This document shows, piece by piece, positions 1-11,667 of a DNA stretch of 53,105 bases. The notes beneath the pieces are model-generated. The model worked only from the letters and a program-made list of their open reading frames with translations, had not been told where the DNA came from and made no database searches. Position 1 is the stretch's first letter. The number at the start of each line of letters is the position of its first letter. The position numbers and the translations under genes are program-made. The DNA is from Vermamoeba vermiformis (taxonomy: Eukaryota): the NCBI GenBank assembly GCA_045837725.1, contig JBEWZL010000292.1:124001-177105 (forward strand). Reading direction: 5' to 3'.

Positions 1-325
1 ATCCAGAAAATAATGTCCTGCGTACAGGAGAGGGACCCTTTGTCAATTTAAAACTAAGTCGAGCTCTACTCGGGTTATTTAAATTTTGTGGTGATTTTTG
101 GGCATCATTCTGCGACGTGGTGGTCGGTTCCACTTCCATTCGCTAAAATAAATCACGATCCAAGTTAATTTAGACATCCAAATTATTTCAGTAAGATTAG
201 GTGATATTATTGTATACCTCTTCGGCGGGCTGGGTGGCATTATTTTCATTTTCTGGTGGATCTTGATCATCCGCGCCATAATTAGCTGCGATGAGTGCCA
301 AGCCTCCAAGCTCGTTTTCAGCCAT
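1..325 (-). CDS. 5' part of a spliced gene running off the window; acidic, low-complexity N-terminus (MAENELGGLALIAANYGADDQDPPE...), function unknown
   Basis: ATG at 325. Exon 1 ends GAAGAG|gtatac. After the acceptor ttttag the frame (RMEVEPTTTSQ...RRTLFSG) stays open to position 1. Confidence 0.6.
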
Positions 326-392
326 AACAAATTATTTTGTAATTATAATTTAATTGCTTTCATGGCAATGAATTGTTGTGTCGCTGTGATAT

Positions 393-1121
393 TGGGGATG
401 GTTAAATTTTTCGCACGCGCCAAATTTTGTTCGTTTTTTTCGTTTCTTAACGTTAGCGCGTTCGGGAGGCACAACGCCCGCCAAACAAACGTATATTTTT
501 ACGTATATCAACGTATACAAACGTATAAAAACGTATAAAAACGTATAAAACGTGACAAAACGTAAAAAAACGTAAGTCTTACGCGGATCTGAATCTGAAA
601 ACAAAAAAAACAGATTCAGTTTAAGTGCTTAAATATCATCACTATACTTCTAAGTTTAAGTAGAAATTAGTAATTTGGTCAACCAATTTTTAAACCAAAT
701 CCGACCGAATCCGCTTCAAAAAACTAGTTTACAATATCTTGCTGGGTGGGCAAAACATCTAATATATATGTGCCAGCCACTTTAAGCACTGACACCCCAG
801 CAAAACAATTTTAAGCGAAGATCCGCTGGTTTTTCCTTCCGAGCTTTTTGAATTGTATCAAATAACCAATTTACTATTTTTTGCTATTCTTTTTGCTTCA
901 ATTGATACTTCGAACAAGTAGCTTGAATTTGCGTAATGAAAACGTAAAATAACGCAAGAAAACGTGAAAAACGCATCGCAACGTAACGCAACGCCAGGTT
1001 TACGTGAGTATACGTTACTTTGGCGGGTTTTTGTTTTGGCGCCAAACTTGGGAGAAACGAAAACGTCGCGCAATGCCGTGCAACGTGAAATTCAGTCGTA
1101 CGAAAAATTTAACCATCCCCA
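393..1121. mobile_element. MITE-like non-autonomous DNA transposon
   Basis: Terminal inverted repeats TGGGGATGGTTAAATTTTTCGCACG (393-417) and CGTACGAAAAATTTAACCATCCCCA (1097-1121), one mismatch. Subterminal arrays of AACG(T) motifs at both ends. No credible ORF and no clean TSD. Confidence 0.7.
488..575 (+). repeat. Tandem ~10-bp repeat (ACGTATAAAA-like) inside the left subterminal region of the MITE
   Basis: acgtatatca acgtatacaa acgtataaaa acgtataaaa acgtataaaa is directly visible. Confidence 0.85.
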
Positions 1122-1198
1122 CTTGGTAAAAAATTGGAGGGAATTTTAATTATAACTATTTACACTTTACTAACTAATGTTTCTGTACAATATTCCTA

Positions 1199-1968
1199 TT
1201 ATTGACTCTCCACGCGCTTTTTCAACGCTTCGTTGAAGTTATTGAATCCTTGAGTAGTTTTAGTAAAAATGGATCCGAGAAGTGGACAGGCGAGGCCACC
1301 GAACTTTTCTCCGTGTACTAAGCGAGTCTTATTGTTGTTACCATCAACCGGCTCGAATTTAAAGTAGTGCTCGCCGGTGAAAACAAAATTGAACCCGAAT
1401 ACTCCTCTCCATCTGAATTCATTCGCGTCGTTCTTCAACAACTACTTGAAATCAGTACTCATCGTCATATGTATATTAATAGTACATACCACAGGGCTAA
1501 ATGTCGACTCTTTCGTGTCACCAGGAGGCAACAGAGCTACTGAAAATTTAGATCCGGGCACGAAGCTATCTCCTTTGATCGTCTTTACAAACGAGCTCCA
1601 TTCGTTGTACTGTAAATCATTTGTGAATAATCAATAATAATAAGAATCAATAATAATTATTTTAATCAAAGTAAAGGCAGAAAGATTTTTTGAAACAATT
1701 CAATGTAATTTGCACGTTGGCGTGGCCTCAAAAATGCTTACTTTGCCAAAATCAGAGAAAACATCTTTCACTTTGCTTGGCGGAGCGTTTATTTCAATGC
1801 TAGTTTCGATTACGAGGGCCTGATCGAAAGAAATGTTAAGCAAACATTCGAACATTTAGCAAATTAGTTAGTATTGCATAATTCTTTCGACGTTGAAGAA
1901 AGTATATTGTATACACTTACAGGCTCGGTGCTCCAAAGGGATTTGACAGAGTTCCAAAAAGTAGCCAT
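1199..1968 (-). CDS. SRPBCC / polyketide cyclase-dehydrase (START-like) family protein, 4 exons
   Basis: Spliced product MATFWNSVKSLWSTEP|ALVIETSIEINAPPSKVKDVFSDFGK|YNEWSSFVK...|...EFRWRG...FTGEHYFKFEP...TRLVHGEKFGG...FNEALKKRVE shows typical SRPBCC motifs. Confidence 0.8.
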
Positions 1969-2589
1969 GTCGGAAAGAAAGAGAAAGATAATAATTAATT
2001 GTTTCGAGTGATGCGTTGCGCTTTGCTTGATTGTTTAAAGTATAATCAACCCTTGCCAGATTTTATCTTTTTCACGGAGCCGGCGTTTCGATCCATAAAA
2101 GGAAGTCCGTAATTTTTTTCTTCCGCACCTACCTCCGTCTTTGTTACAGAGGTCCTTTTGTTACCTGCCTCCGTACCGCTGATCCACGTCATCAAAGTAC
2201 GACCTATTATGCAGGTATGTTCTGACTCCGGACGACGCGTGGCCAATCAAACCATGGATTGTGCCGACATCTGTTTGCGCACCAAGAGCTCCGGTTCGGC
2301 ATTTGTAAATTATTTATAATTTTTGCATTGTGAAAAGACCTTATCTTACAACAAAAGTTGTTTATTAAATGGTTTATTCGGACAGATCAACAGCAGAAAT
2401 ACTTAAATTGTTGTAAGAACACTTAGATATTAATAAGCCGGACAAACTTAATTGCCAAAATTATTATCCAAATAAATTCAAAACTAATCCGATGCCATTA
2501 CTTGAAAAACAACCCTGTAAATTGACATTCAGAATGACCAACAAATCGCACAATGGACACCGTTTACTGCAATCAACCAAACACGTGCA

Positions 2590-5009
2590 TTATTTCGAGC
2601 CTTGATCTTCGTCCTTGTTCTCATCGAACATGCGTGGTTTGTCTTTGTAAGCGCGGAACCAGAACGGATTCTTCTCTGCATCGTCTGCGTACTTGGCCAG
2701 TGCTTCGCGCGGGTCCTCAGCTAATCATACAAGTCAATAAAGGGAACAAATAAGAAGTCAATGAATACGTACTGATTTTATCCTTCTGCACGAGGTCCTT
2801 CATAATGTAAGCAGTCAATGACGAGCCCAATCGACCACCGCTGCCAGCACCCAATGCAGGGACTTCAGGCTTGTGTGACTTGGCTGGATCTCGTCGTGCT
2901 TTTTCTCGTTGTCTGCGTGCTGATGGCGCAGGTTTGAACATATCTAACGAGTTCGGTGTTTGAATTGGTCTCGATGTCTCGTAATCGTCGATACGAAGCT
3001 TCTTCGGTGCTTTTTGTACGCAATACAATGCACCCTTCTTGCTCCATTCGGGGTTGAAAAAGACGTGCGTGGAGCCGTCAGAACAACCAGCAATGATTTG
3101 ATTCAATTCTTCGTGCCACAACAAGCTGATGACACTCGCGGGAGATGCAGCTGCAAATGAGTTAGTTAGAGTTGTGCACGTGATTATCGATGAGGTACTT
3201 ACGCAGTGTCTTGATGATCTCCAATTTCTTTCTATCAATGAATACTAAATTGCCGACACCTTCGTTCTTGAAGACTGAAGTGCCTGTGTAAATAATGTTT
3301 TCATCGGGGCTGAACTTTGCATCAGTTTCGAGGTACTTGTTGGGCAAGTTGTTGAACGACTTGATTGGACTGTTGAACTTGCGAATGTCCCACACTAGCA
3401 CACGTTAGAATAATGCACCAAATGCATGTCGCTTTTATAATTTCTGCGTACCTTTCAATGTATCATCACCACCACGCGTAATGACGGTGTGAAAATCTCT
3501 TGAAATTTCAATTGATGACGTTTCAGAGCCCATCATGTGTGCTTGACTGATGCGGGCAGTAGGTCGGTTGTACGGACCATCAGCGGCCCACTGTTGCAAC
3601 GAGCCATCATTTGATGCTACAGAGGCGTTAATATGAGCTAGAGTTACAATAGGTGTCCACGAACAACGTACCAATCAGCAAGTACTTGCCATCACCACCA
3701 ATAGCAATGGCAGTGGGCGTGACTTTAGCCTGCCCCTTGTCGTTCTTGACTTTAACGAGTGCTTTGTGCTCTTTGTCTTTGTTCACGTCCCAAAATCTGA
3801 CGGAGCTGTCTTGTGCTGCTGTCACAATCACTTCGCTGTCACACGGATGCCACATGCTCGTTGTGATGTTTGATGTGTGACCCCTGCAACGCGTTAGTAT
3901 AATCTCCCTTAATAAAATACAAGGCAGTGCTAGCACTTACTTGGTATGAGAAACATCAGTCAAATATTGATAACCCTTGACAAATGTAACTCTAAGAGGA
4001 GGTTAGGTCGATTGCCATATATCGTATAAACATTACTACTACGTACTTCATGACGCCATCACGATCAAAGATCTTTGCTTGAGGTGAGGCACTCGTGACT
4101 AAAATTCTGTCGCCGCTGTTGCTGTATTCTAATGTGTTGATGTTGTAGTTGCCATTGGGCTCGGGCTCGACTTCTCTGAACGAGCGGAAGTTCATGTCCA
4201 TTGCATTGAAGTCCCAGAATTTCATCTTAAAGTCGTAACCACCGCTCACAAGGCGAGATCCACTCGGGTCCAAACCTAACGCTGACACAGCCTTCTTATG
4301 GCCTCGCATAATAACTTCGTGTGTATATGGGATTTTGAATGGGTTAGGATCGCTCGACAAATCATCGAATTCAATGTGATCGTCGTCTGATTTCTTTGGT
4401 GGTGGTTTGTTGTCGGGCATGTTCACGCCAAATATGTACACGGGATCTGGTCTCTTTTCAAGTGGTGGCTTTTCTTTTGTTTCAGCGGGAATCTTACCGA
4501 CGTTAATAATATATCTCAATAATATCAATGATATAAGGCTACTTACAACTTTGCGTTTTTTGACTTTTGACCACGTGTCGAACGGATCCTCGTTCTTGGG
4601 TGCCGGTTCAGATTTACCAAAAGAAGTAGGCACAACATCTTCTTCACTTGGTGGTCGTTCGGGTCCATAATCATCATCGTTGTCTTCAGTCACTGGCTCT
4701 GGTTCTTTTCGCTTTCGTGATCCTTTATGTTACGATCAGCATTTTGTGGATAAATAAATTTAGGAAAACAATAGCAGTATTTTAGTTGCACTTACCATAT
4801 ATAGTTGTGAAGTCTGCATAAGCCTTCGATTGTTGGCGAATTTCTCTCTACAAATTGAATATTAATCAAAAATTCAATAATGGCCAATCGATTAAATTAG
4901 TTAATACAAAGTGATTTAAATGCCATTAATTGATCGAGGAAAATATTAAATTTTTTTGCTGATAAAGTTTCAACGTGGTACGCACCATCTCATCTTCGTC
5001 ATCTGACAT
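2590..5009 (-). CDS. WDR70: WD repeat-containing protein 70 (GAD-1 homolog), multi-exon
   Basis: GHKKAVSALGLDPSGSRLVSGGYDFKMKFWDF..MD..FRSFR, TRGGDDTLK, and a C-terminal REKARRDPAKSHKPE..GSGGRLG; ATG at 5009, TAA at 2590. Confidence 0.92.
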
Positions 5010-5285
5010 TTTCGTGCTGTGTAATGTGTTATAACAGCAAGTATCTACAATATCAAGTTGTGTTATCTATATAAAGAAGTAAGACGAAAAATTCTTGCTT
5101 TGCGCGTGCATTTACTTTTCAGCGATTAAGCCATTCTTCACCGTTAAGTCCAGATGATTTTTGCAGCCGTTCGAAATAAGTGCTTAGTTGGCATATTGAG
5201 AAATTTACTAGAATCACGACAACACCTAATTTTGTATTTACTTCCTTGCAGGTGTTCTCGGTGATCGTTAAACAAATCCACCAAG

Positions 5286-7875
5286 ATGTCGGAAAAAAAC
5301 GTTGATGGAGACATTAAAATGGAGGATATTAGGTAAATATCATAAATATCATAGCACGTCGCAGCTAAACCACTACCTCCATTTTATTTATTCGGGATCT
5401 GTTAAAATAAAATTATTTGCTTACCTGCCTAATCTTTAAAATTATCGCCAATATATTCTCGTTGATAGAATTACTTTTTCCTTATTTGTTACTAATATTA
5501 TTATAAATTTAGTGAGGACCATGCAAACGGCCAAAACAACAATAACACTAATATCCGTCGTTCCACTAATACAAATACGAACGCAAATGCACAATCGAGC
5601 AGCAATATTATAGACGTTGAAGATGAAGTTGTTCGAGAAATACCAGTCATTTTATCGCAGGATCTCAATGGTCGATTATATTTAATTCAACACCCGCTCA
5701 GACCACCATGGCGCACACTCGATACTGATCAACTAACAGAGGTATATTTATAAAATAATATTGATATTATTTGAATCGCCTGTACCTAAGATCTTGTTTC
5801 AGATCCGCTTTAAGTCAAAGCGCCAGTTGCTCGAGATGGATTTTGAAACCCCTAATGAACAACTGAATCACAACCATCCTGTAAGTCATTTAAGCTTATA
5901 TTATCTCATTGTCCAATTGTAACCCTGCATCCAGAACTTGGATGATGCCAACAATGCCAATCGAACATACAGCATTCGCTCATCGAGTGTAGCACTCAAA
6001 GCTAATTACGCCATCGGTCTCTATCGCGGCAACGAGATGTATTTGACGCCGCTGCAAGGTGTACTGCAAATGAAGCCGAGCTTCAAGCGCATTGACGAGG
6101 CATTCGAGAAGAAGAAAAAGAAAGAAGAAGAGGCACAGCCAGCAGCAGTCGAAGAGAACGACATGGAAGATGAGGCCAAACCACTGCAATTCCGCGTCAA
6201 AAAGCGCGAAACTGAACGACAAGTGGCCATGCGCCAACAACAGTTCCAACACTTGAAAAAATTGGAAGATGACGAGAACTGGGTCAAGTTAGAATATATG
6301 CACAAAGACGTGAGTCTCGGATATGTAATATTACTATTTTTTGTTTGACTAATGGTGCATTTAGAGTACCGAATCATTGGACCAAATGGAGAAGATGACC
6401 TCGTCTGTTCGCACCAAAATTCCGTTCGATGTCAAGCGCAGCGAGTACTTGAACTTGATTAATCCACCTTCAGAAGAGTCGACTAAGAATATTTCGGTTG
6501 TTACTAAGAACAAAAAGTACGTCATTGAGTGCACGTGTATCAATTACTGATCGATGTTGCAGGGTCATTGAAGGTTTGTCCAACGAAAAGATTATGAAGC
6601 TGCCAATCGATAAACAAATACCCGCTTTATTGGCTAATGGTAGGAATAATATGCGATTCATTTACAGGGGCTAATGGTTTGTCTTATTAGTCCACATTAT
6701 CACCTTCCAAAAAATCAGTGAAATTTTACTGTCAGCGAAAGAAGACCAAATCTTGGCAGAGTTACAAAAGTGGGGTATTTTGGTGCAAGGCTGTTGGATG
6801 TTGCGCAGTGATTGCTGCTTGAGCGGTCGCATGGTCTACGTGCGCAATTACGTCTTGCAACAGTTTGCACTAGGCAATCCTGGCGAGGGCTTCTCACGAA
6901 AGGTAACAACAGTAGCTATCTTATACGATTCAACTTAATAACGTCATGCACAGCACTTCTCGGAGCGTACTAAGGCCAACAAAGAAGCACTCAAAGACTT
7001 GTTGTCAAAGGTCGCTGTTCTCGATCCAACCACGCGTCAGTGGAAGCTGAAAATTGCACCCGATCAAGAGTTCATTGCTAAATACCCTGATGTCGTGAAG
7101 AAATATCACGATTTCTGGGAGAGCAGCGTGGCCACGTAAGTGAACTATGCAACTATATTGATGCAAACCTACTCACTGGCACATCCATGCAGTATCTTGC
7201 AAGCCTTGAGCGGTGAACTACCCGAACAAATGGAGACTGAAAAACCAGCCCCAAAGACAAAGCGCGTTGCCAAGGCTCGTGCCAAGGACAAAGAAGCTGG
7301 CGCAACCGAGGCCACCAATGACGTGGCAACAGGTGTCGCAGCTATTAGTCTTGAAGCCCCCGTGGCCCTCACTGATGACGCAAAAGAGCTGCGCGAGTTC
7401 TTGATTGGCAAATTCAAACAGTACGGCGTGTGCACGGCCTCATTCTTGAAACAACATTTGAACAAAGATTTGAAAGAAAACAAGTTCAAGCACCTCACTC
7501 GCGTGCCTGAGAATGAGTTCATGGCTGCCATTACCTCCATTGCCGACAACATCAAGACCGCTTTTGTGTTGAAGACCAGTGGAGATCCAGCACTCGATAT
7601 GGTACGTCAAACAGCCCCTGATAATACCCCCCTAATACCTGTTCTAATCGTACCATATATAGTACCGCACTGCTATTCTTGGATTGTTCCGCAATCAAGT
7701 GTCAGTGAAGCGAGCAGAAGTCAATTCGTTGTTCCGTCAAAACAAACAACTCGGCGGCAAAAGTGTGCCCAATGACATCTTCACGCGCGTGATGGAAGAG
7801 TTTGCAGAGCTCAAGGGCGCGACTTGGATTTTCAAGTCTGGCAACGGACCGTCTGATGAGCCTGGTATCAGTTAG
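5286..7875 (+). CDS. POLR3E: DNA-directed RNA polymerase III subunit RPC5 (Sin-like), multi-exon
   Basis: EDEVVREIPVILSQ..LYLIQHPLRP, NYAIGLYRGNEMYLTPLQGVLQMKPSF, LVQGCWMLRS, PDQEFIAKYPDVV. Confidence 0.88.
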
Positions 7876-8019
7876 TATAACTATGGATCTGTTAAGTAAA
7901 AGCACATTAATGGTTCAATCTTTCATATTTAAATGTGCAGCGCAAATTCTTGCAATTTAAAAACGGTTATTTTAAAGGGGCCCTGTAAAAGATTTTCAAA
8001 TTTTACTCAATTTCCAAAC

Positions 8020-8911
8020 ATGTCCAGCACATCAACTGCATTCGTAGTATTGTTATGTGCAGTACTTGGCTGCACTTTAGCGGCAATGACGCAAGCGGAT
8101 CGAGACACCGCTTTGAACAACCACAACGCCGAAAGAAAGGCAATCGGAATTCCATTATTATCATATAACATGACCATCGAGGCCAGTGCACAAGCTGTAG
8201 CTGATACTTGCGTATTCAAACACAGCGGAAGGTAATTCTATTTTTCAATTCAAAGATTCTGACAAACTGCGGAACCAAATAATAAATTCAATTGCCTAAT
8301 ATTATTATTAAAATGTTTTGTCGTCAGCGACTATGGTGAGAATATTTATGCTGGCGGTGGATCGTTCGGGACAATGGCTTCAGCTGTTTCAGCTTGGATG
8401 AGCGAAAAAAGCGATTGGACGTGCAGCACTAACAAGTAAAAAATGCTTTATTGCCATATAATATATTAATATAATTTTAATTCTAATCAGGTGCTCAGCA
8501 ACGTGTGGCCATTACGTAAGTGTCAATGTCGCTTGACAGTTGAAATTGATCCGCAAAATCTTTGCAAAATCTACTTACAGTTGTAATTTTACGTGCAAAA
8601 TGAATACTGATTTCGAAACATTTAGACGCAAATTGTTTGGGCGAACTCACTCAGACTCGGATGTGGTCTAACGAACTGTGGTGGCTCACTTGGAGTGTTT
8701 ATTGTCTGTCAATATGATCCCCCTGGCAATTATGTGGGCGAAAATCCATTCGATAGTAAGTAGAGCGTATGTCTAGCCATTATTGCGTACTGATAGATCT
8801 GTCTTGGCAGCTGCTTTGTGTGGCAAAACTCAAACAAGTGCCGCAAGTACTACATACACTACTGCCGCTTCAGTATGCAGCGCACTATCGCTTATGGGCC
8901 TTGTTTTCTAA
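8020..8911 (+). CDS. Secreted CAP/SCP/PR-1 family protein, copy 1 (5 exons, hydrophobic GPI-like tail)
   Basis: Signal peptide; HNAER, C.FKHS, YGENIY, CGHYTQIVWANS.RLGCG, VCQYDPPGNYVGE.PF; S/T-rich then hydrophobic C-terminus. Confidence 0.9.
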
Positions 8912-9140
8912 AGCTAAGTAAATTTCAATTTCGAATTCGTAATCATTCAGTGCTTTGTGAAGTGGCGAACGGTGTCATGCTTTCACTAACGATGCAATAA
9001 TAATATTCTTAGAGTGATTTTTGTTAGAGGAAAAGATTTGAAAGCGAGACGTTTGATTGATTTGACCGTTAATTTTTATTTTTTTGGAAATGATCAGGTG
9101 ATTTTACGATTGATTGCAAATCAACAGAGTAACAACCACA

Positions 9141-9977
9141 ATGGCTCGAGTAACTCTTATTACTATTATTTCGTGCGCGATTATTGCTTGTGCAATGGCA
9201 GCAATGACGCAACAAGATCGCGACACTGCTCTCGCGGGCCACAACGCCGAACGCGCAGTTTATGGTCTTCCTAATCTCACCTACAACATGAGTATCGAAG
9301 CTAGCGCGCAAGCACACGCGGACAAATGCGTCTTCGAGCACAGTGGATCTCCGTAAATAATTAATTAATTTTTATCCAATTTTTCTGACTGTATCTCATC
9401 GTTCTAGAGACTTTGGAGAAAATATCTTCGCAGGCAGTGGTCCCTATGGAAATATGGAGACTGCCGACTCGAGCTGGGCGGGGGAAAAAAATGATTGGGA
9501 CTGTCAGGCCAATACGTAAGTCTTACCTATTCAGCTGCGAGAATGATATAATTCTTTTGAAAGTTGCTCTGCCGTTTGCGGTCACTACGTAAGTCTTTGG
9601 TTAAAATTTACATCCAAAATCAGTTCTGATTTTCAACAATAGACTCAAATGGTCTGGGAATCATCCACTCAAATTGGTTGCGGTTTAACTAACTGTGGCG
9701 GTAATGTCGGTGTATTTATTGTGTGCCAATTCTATCCTCCTGGCAATTATGTTGGTGAACGTCCATTCGCTAGTAAGTTCAGCCGTTCTTGAACCAATTC
9801 ACGTGCTGTAATTCTAATTGACAATTTTTAACGGTAGGCTCGAAATGCAGCATGAGCCAAGCCCCTAAAAGCTCTACTTCCCCTCAATCCACTACTAGCA
9901 AGACACCCGTCAAGGCCTCGTCTGCAGCCGTTGTGTCAGTGAGTGCCTTGTCGCTCGTCACTTTGTCCATGTTGTAA
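9141..9977 (+). CDS. Secreted CAP/SCP/PR-1 family protein, copy 2 (tandem paralog)
   Basis: Signal peptide; HNAER, FGENIF, CGHYTQMVWESSTQIGCG, CQFYPPGNYVGERPF; same intron positions as copy 1. Confidence 0.9.
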
Positions 9978-10085
9978 GGATTGGCCGAACAGTCTCGGTA
10001 CATTTTACTTCGAAAATTTATTATTGGCAAGGCTATGTACAAGAAATTTAATAAAACAATCAGTATTGAATTTGATCAACTAATT

Positions 10086-11455
10086 TCAATCATCGTCCTC
10101 GTCTTTGAGCTCTTTGATCAGCGCGTTGATTGTCTTGTGCAGTCCGCCGCTCATGTTGATGGACACCTCGACTAACTTCTTGGACTTGGCGCCAATGTCC
10201 TCGCCACTCACAGGACTCGTCAACGGTGAGGCCCTGATAGCCTCAACGACCTTATTAATACCTGCAATCAGTTCGTCGACTGCACGCTGCATGCCAGACT
10301 TGGCAATGGGCGGTTGAGCAGCCATAATCACTTCGTCCACGTGCGCGGTCAGTTCGTTGACTTGCGCGGCCAGTTCTTCGAGCCAAGGACCACTGCTGGA
10401 CTCGAGCAAAGTAACGCTAATGTCCAGCACGCGTGCAATGTTGCCTGCAAAGCCGTGGCACAAGTTCGCAAGGCGCACGAGCTCTTTCACGAGTGCTCGT
10501 TCCGCGTCACTCAGCTTCTCATCGCCGCCAAAGAAATCATCAAATCCATCGTCACTGCCCTCACTCTCGTCATCTTCGTCATTTTTGTTGTTATCCGCTG
10601 TCACACAGTCAATATTAATCTACGCACGAGATATTATTGATTAATTTTACCTTCATCAGCTGCTTCGAGAATTTCTTTCAGTTCACTGATAGCATCTTGC
10701 ATAGTGGTAGAATTCTTTTTAATTGCTTCAGCAGTAAATGCCTAAAGAATTAATGTTAATTACATGGTAATTGGAGCTCGAATAAATAACGTACAATATT
10801 GCTGAGTTTTCCTTCTTCGATCGCTGTACAAAAGTGCCAAACTAGACCTGTTAATGTCGGCAAATTGTTGTTTTGTTTCTCTTTCTGTAATATACGCGAT
10901 TAATAATTGATTTTTAAAGTCAGATCAGGACTTACTTTTATGATCGCGGTTGTCAGTTGAGCGAGAGCGTCAAGTGTGTTGGTCATAACTGCACTTAAAT
11001 ATTTTTTCAGGTTTATTACTGTGGTAGGATGCACCATTAAGGCATAACCAGCGTAAATAAGGTTTGTGATCGACTGCCAAAAAACTGATCAGATCTTGGA
11101 TCGCATAACTAATTAATTATTAATATTCTAAATAATATTACCTTATCCATGAGCTCAACAAAATCTTTAACTTGAGCTCCTGTAGTCGCTTCTCCCGTGC
11201 CCAAATAAACTGTAATTAAATAAATTAAAAATTGAATTATTTCTCGACTAACAATTGTTATATAAACTTACATTTAGTAACAGTATTATGAACATGCTTT
11301 GCTGCTTCGACAAAAATTACGCGCAGATCGCCTTCCTTGGCATCTGAGGGAATGACCGTCGTTGAAGCTTGAGTGAGATCTACAACCTTCTCCAAGACAT
11401 TAGTAGTCTCGAGTAACTTGCTCAATTCAGCCACACGACTTTGCTCGGGATCCAT
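10086..11455 (-). CDS. Cyclin-D1-binding protein 1 / GCIP-like helical protein, multi-exon
   Basis: LPTLTGLVWHFC, DAISELKE, an acidic DDDESEGSDDGFDD linker, then LEELAAQVNELTAHVDEV...QPP; layout resembles the GCIP family. Confidence 0.65.
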
Positions 11456-11667
11456 TGCCTTCAACGATTGGGAATATCGATAGAATAAATTTCTACGAGC
11501 GAACTGAGAATTTATGGATAATCAGAAAGACCTATCTGAGAATTGCTGCAGTATAATAATGCCTATAAGTGTACGTATTCTTTAACCTTATAACTGCTGA
11601 TTTCTCTCTCGGTCGTGTCCACATTTTTTGTGCTCCATCCGTAAAATGATTTTTATTTCTGTTTACA

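Noticed and set aside
488-575. Short regular repeats as a possible CRISPR array
   Set aside because: Units are ~10 bp, directly adjacent, with no unique spacers and no cas genes; the context is eukaryotic.
350-1149. ORFs inside the MITE as a transposase
   Set aside because: Short, low-complexity translations of repeats with no DDE, BED or dimerisation motifs.
2098-2110. GGAAGTCC as an RNase P/MRP CR-I motif
   Set aside because: No complementary CR-V/P4 partner was found downstream.
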